NCBI GenBank assembly: GCA_011391865.1
Contig: JAABPV010000003.1
Span: forward strand, 14,726-38,725
Source: Desulfobulbaceae bacterium
Lineage (GTDB): Bacteria > Desulfobacterota > Desulfobulbia > Desulfobulbales > Desulfobulbaceae
DNA: 24,000 nucleotides
Reading direction: 5' to 3'
The stretch's first letter is position 1. The number at the start of each line of letters is the position of its first letter. Below are positions 7,639 to 14,016 of the stretch, one piece after another. The position numbers and the translations under genes are program-made. The notes beneath the pieces are model-generated. The model searched no databases, was not told the DNA's origin, and was given only the letters and a program-made list of their open reading frames with translations.

Positions 7639-8961
7639 ATGAAACGGAAGATGCTGCCGCAGGCCGCTGCGGCGTTGCTGCTTTTGTCAGTGGGTGCCGC
7701 GCAGGCTGCCAGCACCATCACCACCATCGGCAGGCATCCCTTTCATCAGCCGCCGCTGCAATCTGCTGAAGAACTCAAGGCGATGATGCGGGAGCGGCAG
7801 TCTGAAATCAAGGAAGGCATGGACAAAGCGGGCAGCGGCCAGCTGCATGAGCTGCTGAAGGCCCAGTTTCCTTTCGCCTCAATCAGCGAGGCGCGGTACG
7901 AGATAGGCACGGTATTTCGCTGGATGCTGTTCAAACGCAATGGCACGGGCGAGGTGAAAGTGGCCCGCGACCTCACTTGGGCTGGAGTCGGCCCGGTTGC
8001 AGGCTACGAGTTTGCCCTGACAGATCAGGACAACTGCCTGAGTTACACGTTTGCTGTGCCGAAAGGGTGCGGCAACTTGGCCCTGCTCAGGACGGAGCGC
8101 ATTCAGAACTGCCCGCCTGCGCCGGAGGAGAAGAAAATCCCAGAACCGGCACCGCCGCCGTCTCTGCCTCCGCAGCCTATTGTCTGCCCCGAAGCCTGCG
8201 CGACAGGTCTTCTTTTGGAAGGCTGTCCGCCGGAATGCCTGCCTGAGCCGAAGACACAGGCACACTGCTTGGAATGTCTGCAAAACTGCCTGCCCGCCTG
8301 TCAAGAGCATCCGAAGGATGTCGGCTGCCCGCCTTATTGCGCCGACTGCCTGAGCCAGTGCGCCCCCTGCCCGGAGGAAGACTGCCCGCCAGTGACCTGC
8401 GCCGATTGTCCGCCGAAATGCGCGGATAATCCAGATGACGACGACTGCCCCGACGAATGCGCGATGCTGGACTGCCCGCCGCCGCCCGTTGCGTGGCAGC
8501 TGCCGCCGTTCCGCCTCATCGGCGACCTTGGCTACTTCAAGCAGACCGATCCGGCGGACTACATCTTTGGCCGCTTCGGCGCGGAGTGGAGTCCCTTTGC
8601 CGCAGGCCATCGGCTGGAGCACATTTCTTTCGCCACCATGCTTGGCGGTGCGTTGAAAGTTGGCGGCTCGGACGGCGACGACGGTTTGGTTTTAGATATG
8701 ATGGCCAATTACAACTGGACAGCAGGATCGGCGGACGGCTGGATCGGCGCAGGTCTGGGCGGCTGGATCACCTCCGGCGATGTGGACGATGACTCCGGCG
8801 ACAGCGACCTTGATTTGATTCTTCAATCCGGTGTCCGTGTCCACGGCGATCCGAAGGCGTTCAATATCTCAGCTTTCTTGGAAATACGAAGCGCGGTCGA
8901 TGAATTCGACAGCTTGGCTGAGTACGGACGCTTCGGGGCCGGGCTGCGGTTCAAATTCTGA
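7639..8961 (+). CDS. Exported Cys/Pro-rich protein with a C-terminal 8-strand beta-barrel-like (OMP-like) domain, paralog 1
   Basis: Start taken at ATG 7639 after GAGGGG. Signal peptide MKRKMLPQAAAALLLLSVGAAQA. A globular N-domain, then a PPAPEEKKIPEPAPPPSLPPQP linker, then about 21 Cys in CP..C/C..C...C spacing (about 8111-8490). The C-terminal domain has alternating hydrophobic residues and ends ...GRFGAGLRFKF, a terminal aromatic as in OMP signatures. Confidence 0.75.
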   Translation: MKRKMLPQAAAALLLLSVGAAQAASTITTIGRHPFHQPPLQSAEELKAMMRERQSEIKEGMDKAGSGQLHELLKAQFPFASISEARYEIGTVFRWMLFKRNGTGEVKVARDLTWAGVGPVAGYEFALTDQDNCLSYTFAVPKGCGNLALLRTERIQNCPPAPEEKKIPEPAPPPSLPPQPIVCPEACATGLLLEGCPPECLPEPKTQAHCLECLQNCLPACQEHPKDVGCPPYCADCLSQCAPCPEEDCPPVTCADCPPKCADNPDDDDCPDECAMLDCPPPPVAWQLPPFRLIGDLGYFKQTDPADYIFGRFGAEWSPFAAGHRLEHISFATMLGGALKVGGSDGDDGLVLDMMANYNWTAGSADGWIGAGLGGWITSGDVDDDSGDSDLDLILQSGVRVHGDPKAFNISAFLEIRSAVDEFDSLAEYGRFGAGLRFKF

Positions 8962-9052
8962 AACACGGCGACTGGCTTGAGGCACGAAGCTGTCTGTCAG
9001 CGGCAGCGTTTTCGGTTCCTTTCTCCGCTATCGGCTGGGCTTCTTTTTTATC

Positions 9053-9081
9053 TTGCCAGACAGCGATGAAAATTATATAAC
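9053..9081 (+). promoter_or_regulatory. Putative sigma70 promoter of Cys-rich paralog 2
   Basis: TTGCCA (9053-9058), a 17-bp spacer, then TATAAC (9076-9081). Conserved with 7566-7594. Confidence 0.4.
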
Positions 9082-9194
9082 AAAGAAAAAAAATTTTACT
9101 TCTCTCAGGCGGCCTGCGTGTTTTTTGTATGCCGGGGGGTCGGCGGCGGGGCAGAGAGAGCACAAATTAACAACTGCACAAGGAGAGTTGGACG

Positions 9195-10253
9195 ATGAAA
9201 ACAAAAATGGTCTTGCAGACAGCGGCGTTGCTGCTTCTGTCAGCAGGTGTTGCTCATGCCGGTGGCAACAAATTTGGCAAGCAGCAGAAAAACTGGACCT
9301 GCGACGACTGCACACCCGCATGTTTGCAGAATCCTTATGACAAGGGCTGCCCGGACATCTGCAAGTCGCCAGCATGTCAGAATTCTTGCGACTCTTGCCC
9401 TGATTCCTGCAAACAGCAGCCTGGTGCGCCGGGCTGCCCGGAGATATGCAGCGATGTTAAGTGCCAGACCTGCACTGACTGTGCTCCTGAGTGCAAGACC
9501 AGCAACGCTCCGGCAACCTGCCCGGACATCTGCAAGGACATCAAATGCTATAGCTGCGACGACTGTTCAGCTGAATGCATAGAGACCCCGGCTGGTCCGA
9601 ACTGCCCGCCCGCATCCATCTGTGGCGATCTGGAATGCAACATCTGCGACAAACTGCCCAAGAATTGCCCAGCCACCTGCAAGGAAAGCCCGGACGATCC
9701 GGCAAAATGCCCGGCAGAGTGCAAGAGTGTTCCTGAGAAATGCCTGATGCCCGCCGTTGAGCAGGAAAAGGAGCCGGAAACAACGGTTGATCTTGGGCCG
9801 TTCCGCTTCCTCGGCGATGTTGGCTACTACAAGCAGACAGATCCAGCTGACTACATTTTTGGCCGCATCGGTGTGGAGTGGAGTCCTTTCGCCGCAGGCA
9901 GCCGGTTTGAGCAGGTTTCCTTCACCGGCATGATCGGCGCAGCTGCGCAGGTCAAAGGCACGGACGGCGACGACGCGCTGCTGCTTGATGTGATGACCAA
10001 CTACAACTGGCAGGCTGGCGATGTGAACGGCTGGGTTGGTTTGGGCTTGGGCGGCTGGATCACCTCTGGCGACGTGGAAGACGATTCCGGCGACAGCGAC
10101 CTTGACATGATCGTCAATGCTGGTGCCCGCGTGTACGGCGATCCGCAGGCGTTCAACATCTCTGCCTTCTTGGAGATTCGGAGCGCGATCGACGAGTTTG
10201 ACGGCTTGGCCGAGTACGGACGCTTTGGCGGCGGCCTGCGGTTCAAGTTCTAA
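9195..10253 (+). CDS. Exported Cys-rich protein with a C-terminal beta-barrel-like domain, paralog 2
   Basis: AAGGAGAG RBS. Signal peptide MKTKMVLQTAALLLLSAGVAHA. About 30 Cys within aa 36-183 (nt 9300-9743), in roughly 28-aa modules such as CQTCTDCAPECKTSNAPATCPDICKDIK. The C-terminal roughly 150 aa align with paralog 1 at high identity by eye (FR.(I/L)GD.GY.KQTDPADYIFGR.G.EWSPFAAG ... AEYGRFG.GLRFKF). Confidence 0.8.
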   Translation: MKTKMVLQTAALLLLSAGVAHAGGNKFGKQQKNWTCDDCTPACLQNPYDKGCPDICKSPACQNSCDSCPDSCKQQPGAPGCPEICSDVKCQTCTDCAPECKTSNAPATCPDICKDIKCYSCDDCSAECIETPAGPNCPPASICGDLECNICDKLPKNCPATCKESPDDPAKCPAECKSVPEKCLMPAVEQEKEPETTVDLGPFRFLGDVGYYKQTDPADYIFGRIGVEWSPFAAGSRFEQVSFTGMIGAAAQVKGTDGDDALLLDVMTNYNWQAGDVNGWVGLGLGGWITSGDVEDDSGDSDLDMIVNAGARVYGDPQAFNISAFLEIRSAIDEFDGLAEYGRFGGGLRFKF

Positions 10254-10292
10254 ACAGCAAAGGACTTGCCTTCGGGCAGGCTCTTGAAAAAA

Positions 10293-10323
10293 GGCGCGGG
10301 ATGCTTTCCCTGCGCCTTTTTTT
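10293..10323 (+). terminator. Rho-independent terminator after paralog 2
   Basis: ggcgcggga (10293-10301) / tccctgcgcc (10307-10316), followed by T7 (10317-10323). Confidence 0.75.
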
Positions 10324-10364
10324 ATGTCTGCCGCATCAGCCCAGTTTTTTGTGTCTGTGATGCC

Positions 10365-11555
10365 ATGCTCTTTCCCGCCGCTCTGAAAAAGGCCGTCCGC
10401 GCCGCCCTCTGGTTCGCCTTCCTCACCTTCCCGCTCATGGTGATCAAGGTCAATCCCTACGAGCGCACGGTTGTCTGGCGTTGGCAGAATTTGCTCTATG
10501 TCGCGCTGGCCGCCTTTGTTGGCTCGCTGCTTGCGCAGGCTGCTGCCGCCTTCAAGTCGAGGGGAAAGCCGCAGGCAGCCGCTGCTCCCGCCAAAGACTG
10601 GCTGTTGCTCTTTAACAAGACGGCAGTCCGGCTGCCCGCGCTGGTGCTGCTCCTGCTGGGTCTCGGCCTTTTCCCGCATTTGGTCTCCTCTTATCAGGTC
10701 AGTATTATGATTACGGCCCTGCTCTACGTGATGCTGGGCTTGGGCCTGAACATCGTGGTCGGCATGGCCGGGCTGCTGGATCTCGGCTATGTAGCCTTTT
10801 ACGCAGTTGGAGCATATTCCTACGCCCTGCTCAACCTCCATTTCGGCATCGGCTTCTGGACCGCCCTGCCCATTGGCGGACTCTTGGCCGCGCTCTTCGG
10901 CATATTGCTCGGCTTTCCGGTGCTGCGGCTGCGCGGCGATTATTTAGCCATTGTCACCCTTGGTTTCGGCGAGATCATCCGCCTTGTGCTGGAAAACTGG
11001 ACAGAGTTCTCCCAAGGTCCCAGCGGTATTTCCGGCATCCCCCGGCCCGGTTTTTTTGGCATGGAGCTGTCCTTGCAGCAGTCGGTTATTTATTTGTATT
11101 ATTTGATGCTCGGCATGGTCATCTTCACCATCTTTGCGGTAGGCCGCCTGCGAAATTCGCGCATAGGCCGGGCTTGGGCCGCCCTGCGCGAGGACGAAAT
11201 CGCCTGCCGGGCAATGGGCATCAACAAAACAAAGATCAAGCTGGCCGCCTTCGCCTCCGGCGCATTTTGGGCGGGCATGGCCGGGGTGCTCTTCGCGGCC
11301 AAAACCACCTTTGTCAACCCGGCTTCTTTCACCTTCATGGAGTCGGCGATCATCCTCTGCATTGTCGTGCTGGGCGGCATGGGTTCCATCCCCGGCGTGA
11401 TCATCGCCGCCTTGACGCTGATCCTCCTGCCTGAATATCTGCGCGCCTTGGCCGACTACCGGATGCTGGCCTTCGGCGCGGCCCTTGTGCTGATGATGAT
11501 ATTCCGGCCTGGTGGGTTGTTTCCGGCAGCGAGAATGCGCAGGCAGAAGGGCTGA
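10365..11555 (+). CDS. livM: Branched-chain amino acid ABC transporter permease LivM
   Basis: MLFPAALKKAVRAALWFAFLTFPLMVIKVN... gives the N-terminal extension typical of LivM. The permease core includes GLGLNIVVGMAGLLDLGYVAFYAVGAY, LRLRGDYLAIVTLGFGEI and ALREDEIA. Start moved from the track's 10266, which lies inside the upstream terminator, to ATG 10365. Confidence 0.85.
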   Translation: MLFPAALKKAVRAALWFAFLTFPLMVIKVNPYERTVVWRWQNLLYVALAAFVGSLLAQAAAAFKSRGKPQAAAAPAKDWLLLFNKTAVRLPALVLLLLGLGLFPHLVSSYQVSIMITALLYVMLGLGLNIVVGMAGLLDLGYVAFYAVGAYSYALLNLHFGIGFWTALPIGGLLAALFGILLGFPVLRLRGDYLAIVTLGFGEIIRLVLENWTEFSQGPSGISGIPRPGFFGMELSLQQSVIYLYYLMLGMVIFTIFAVGRLRNSRIGRAWAALREDEIACRAMGINKTKIKLAAFASGAFWAGMAGVLFAAKTTFVNPASFTFMESAIILCIVVLGGMGSIPGVIIAALTLILLPEYLRALADYRMLAFGAALVLMMIFRPGGLFPAARMRRQKG

Positions 11556-11618
11556 TGATAACGCCTGTTTCGTTTCCCGCAGCATAAATTTTTTCATTTT
11601 CAGAGAGGAGATTACGCC

Positions 11619-11939
11619 ATGCCAAATCAGCTTATTGAACTCCAGGATGGTCTGCTTGTCGAGGTGGAGGTACCGCCCGATCAGGTGCGTCAGATTTCCG
11701 GCGGGTTGCCAGAGCAGGTGGACAAATCAATCGATGCTGTCTACACCTTGCTGCTCAACGCCTGCCGTCCAGTGGTTTCAGTCTGGAGTGAACTGAACAA
11801 GGATATGTCTATCTCTGGTGCCGAGGTTGAGCTGCAACTTGGCTTTTCCGCTTCCGGCTCGGTCTTTCTTGCCAAAGCAAACGGCAGCGCGAATCTGAAA
11901 ATCAAGCTGTCAATCTCGCCAAAATCGGATAAGTCCTGA
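11619..11939 (+). CDS. Trypco2-like (trypsin co-occurring domain 2 / CU044_2847-like) small protein
   Basis: 106 aa, GAGAGGAG RBS. N-terminal LIELQDGLLVEVEV and C-terminal AEVELQLGFSASGSVFLAKANGSANLKIKLSI match, from memory, the family pattern (..dG..v.VEV ... vEfGvkls.eaGaviaka..eg.lkvkLtw). The stop is 2 nt before the protease gene. Confidence 0.65.
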   Translation: MPNQLIELQDGLLVEVEVPPDQVRQISGGLPEQVDKSIDAVYTLLLNACRPVVSVWSELNKDMSISGAEVELQLGFSASGSVFLAKANGSANLKIKLSISPKSDKS

Positions 11940-11941
11940 AA

Positions 11942-13666
11942 ATGGAACTCGACAAGCGGGCAATTTTCCTCCTGACCAGTGCCGACAGCGGCAAGAAAGC
12001 CTTCGGCACCGGCTTTGCGGTGGCCTGCAAGGAGGGCAAATTATATCTCCTTACCTGCGCCCATGTGGTGGAGCAGCTTGGCGGCAGAGTTGTCGCCAGC
12101 GGAGCCGATGCCGTCCCGCATGAAGCGGCGATTGAGGCGGCTGGCTCGTCCAACACGGTTGATCTTGCTTTGTTGAGCATCCGTCATGACGGCACAACGC
12201 CGCCGCTGCTCAATCGGCCTGCGAAAGGAAAGCCGGACATGCCGTTTCAGATTCTCGGCTACGGCCCTCATTTTGGAGCCAGAGAAAACTATGTGCTCCG
12301 CGATATTCAAGGCCGTTTGGGCAAGCCGATTTCCTTTAAAGCTGTCGGCATAAAAAGCATAGAGGCATGGGACATTCATGTTGACGACGATGAATTTTCC
12401 AAGCTCCAAGGCGGCTACAGCGGCTCTCCGCTCTGCGATGCCGCAGGAAGGCTGCTCGCGGTTGTCAGTCATAATGCCGATCCTGCCGCTGGACAGCGCG
12501 GTCATGCCGTTGCCGTCGTCAATCTGCAAGCCATCTTCCCGGAGATCGAGCAACTCCTTCCTGCTTTTACCGGTCTGACTGAAGAACATCTTGATCCGGC
12601 GGCCCGCATCAATCAAGCGATGATGCAGCTTTCTGGCCGCGCCTTTGAAATTTGCTCTATTTTTCCCGCTATCGGCTTGGAGCTGGAGCGGATGCGGAAA
12701 GAGGGCATCAGTGAGGACGACAAGGAAATCTTTGCCGAGATCAACAGATTTACTGAACGGACAATTGCTGCCGAAGCCTTTATTTTTTTCTTCAGCAATC
12801 TGGACAACAGAAGAAAAGCCGTCGCCAGCCGTCCTGATTACACAAAGCTCGCCGGGCAGCTGCAAAATGGTCAGGTCATCCTCTGTCTTGGGCAAGAACT
12901 GTCGCATCTGCTTGGCGTAGAGCTGCCTTCAACCGAGGCGATCAAGCAACATCTCAGCCGGAACGGTTTTCATGGCCCTTTGTCAGAACTTTGCGAGCAA
13001 AAAGAGCTGGCCTTGAACAGCAGCCGCGCTGATCTGGTCAATGACATCCGCGCTCTGTTCAAAGCAGACCAGAAAAAATCTCCAGTCGCGCTGCACGAGC
13101 TGCTGGCCAATCTGAAGAATCCATTTTTAGTCATCTCGACCGCCTATGACGATCTGCTGGAGCAAAGTCTGCGCGGCAGGCGGAAATTTGCCGTGATTCA
13201 TCCGAACATGGAAGACAAACGATGTCTGCTGCGCTGTTCCGATCAAAAGGATGTCTTCTGCACCCCGGAAGAACTGTCCAGCTTCAGCCTGCTGGAAAAC
13301 GGCTATGCGGTCATTTATCAGCTCCGGGGCGGCATTTTCAATGACAAAGGCCATCTTCTCCTGTCAGAACGCGATTATTTCACCTTCACCCGCTTCATGC
13401 AGCAGCAGTTTCCTGACTACATCGGCAGCAAACTGAAAAATTCGCTCCATTCGCTCTGGTTCCTCGGCCATCACCCGGAAAGCTGGGAAGAACGCCTGCT
13501 GATTAAGTCGCTTCAGGAGCTGCGGCACGACCGTGCGCCGTCGCTGGCGATTCAGGAAGGTGGCTCTTCGTTTGCCCAGTCGTTCTGGCAGGATAGAAAA
13601 GTGAAGGTCTATGATTGCCCGCTCAAGGACTTTGTGCAGGAACTTGCTTTGTGCGCAGCGAATTGA
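11942..13666 (+). CDS. Trypsin-like (S1/Trypsin_2) serine protease fused to a divergent SIR2_2-like domain
   Basis: 574 aa. Protease triad contexts: LLTCAH41VV, VD74LALL, GGYS160GSP. The C-terminal half (aa about 300-560) follows SIR2_2 order: VILCLGQELS...LPS (in place of flGAGvS..lPsw), LVISTAYDDLLEQ (in place of iiTTNYDdLlE), IYQLRGG...LLLSERDYF (in place of klHGs...lvlTeeDY) and LWFLGHHPESWE (in place of llFiGySl.D). Confidence 0.8.
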   Translation: MELDKRAIFLLTSADSGKKAFGTGFAVACKEGKLYLLTCAHVVEQLGGRVVASGADAVPHEAAIEAAGSSNTVDLALLSIRHDGTTPPLLNRPAKGKPDMPFQILGYGPHFGARENYVLRDIQGRLGKPISFKAVGIKSIEAWDIHVDDDEFSKLQGGYSGSPLCDAAGRLLAVVSHNADPAAGQRGHAVAVVNLQAIFPEIEQLLPAFTGLTEEHLDPAARINQAMMQLSGRAFEICSIFPAIGLELERMRKEGISEDDKEIFAEINRFTERTIAAEAFIFFFSNLDNRRKAVASRPDYTKLAGQLQNGQVILCLGQELSHLLGVELPSTEAIKQHLSRNGFHGPLSELCEQKELALNSSRADLVNDIRALFKADQKKSPVALHELLANLKNPFLVISTAYDDLLEQSLRGRRKFAVIHPNMEDKRCLLRCSDQKDVFCTPEELSSFSLLENGYAVIYQLRGGIFNDKGHLLLSERDYFTFTRFMQQQFPDYIGSKLKNSLHSLWFLGHHPESWEERLLIKSLQELRHDRAPSLAIQEGGSSFAQSFWQDRKVKVYDCPLKDFVQELALCAAN

Positions 13667-14016
13667 GCATTTTTGGTTTTTCGGATGCCAAAATCGCACT
13701 GGAAAACGTCTTGTTTGGAACAGCAAACGTGGCATTCGCGATTCAAAACGTCTCGTTTGACGCTGGCAACGACGTGTTTGCAGCAGCGAATGCCTCATTC
13801 GCAGTGTGAAACGTGGCATTCGCAACAGCGAATGAGGCATTTTGAACAGCGAACGTCTCGTTTTGAACTGGCAACGGCGTGTTCGCAGCAGCAAACGTGG
13901 CATTCGCAGCGTGAAACGTGACGTTTGCAACAGCGAATGAGGCATTTTGAACAGCGAACGTCTCGTTTGAAACCGGCAACGCGGCCTTCGCAGCATGAAT
14001 TGAACAGGCGGAATCA
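13660..14016. repeat. Tandem array 2: 14 clear plus about 3 degenerate units of 21 bp. Each unit is a 17-bp imperfect palindrome GCRAAYG-NNN-CRTTYGC plus a 4-bp linker
   Basis: Units in constant phase, for example 13786 gcgaatgCCTcattcgc-agtg (perfect 7-bp arms), 13744 caaaacgTCTcgtttga-cgct, 13891 gcaaacgTGGcattcgc-agcg, and 13828 = 13933 gcgaatgaggcattttgaaca (identical). A higher-order 105-bp (5-unit) period is visible (13828-13932 versus 13933 onward). The array spans the gap from the stop of 11942-13666 to the ATG at 14016. Confidence 0.9.

Noticed and set aside
8962-9052. Possible terminator between the two Cys-rich paralogs (gctg...cagc followed by gtttt)
   Set aside because: The stem is short and ambiguous and the T-run is interrupted. 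It is not convincing enough to annotate.
9300-9743. Calling the Cys-rich paralogs bona fide 4Fe-4S ferredoxins or an electron conduit
   Set aside because: The CxxCxxCxxxC spacing is present. However, the proteins have Sec rather than Tat signal peptides, the motif lacks the usual trailing Pro, and the spacing is inconsistent between modules. Fe-S binding is therefore not supported from sequence alone.
9567-10841. 424-aa minus-strand ORF and other long shadow ORFs: 7879-8622 (-), 7107-7727 (-), 5812-6621 (+), 12041-12907 (-), 20563-21264 (+), 21791-22672 (+), 16037-16723 (-), 17385-17990 (-)
   Set aside because: All are antisense to genes with strong family motifs. Their composition is Arg/Ala/Gly/His-rich and low in complexity, which is typical of off-frame ORFs in GC-rich DNA. 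They have no recognisable domains.
11556-11590. Short ATG-initiated frame (MITPVSFPAA) right after livM, considered as a possible remnant of the original livG start (MTAPIL)
   Set aside because: Only about 9 of 15 nt match the real livG start, which is within chance expectation. It is kept only as a weak hint in the insertion-junction discussion.
13660-14016. CRISPR array interpretation of the 21-bp repeats (also considered for 4111-4383)
   Set aside because: The units are contiguous with no unique spacers. The 21-bp period is far shorter than a repeat-plus-spacer unit. There are no cas genes in the window.
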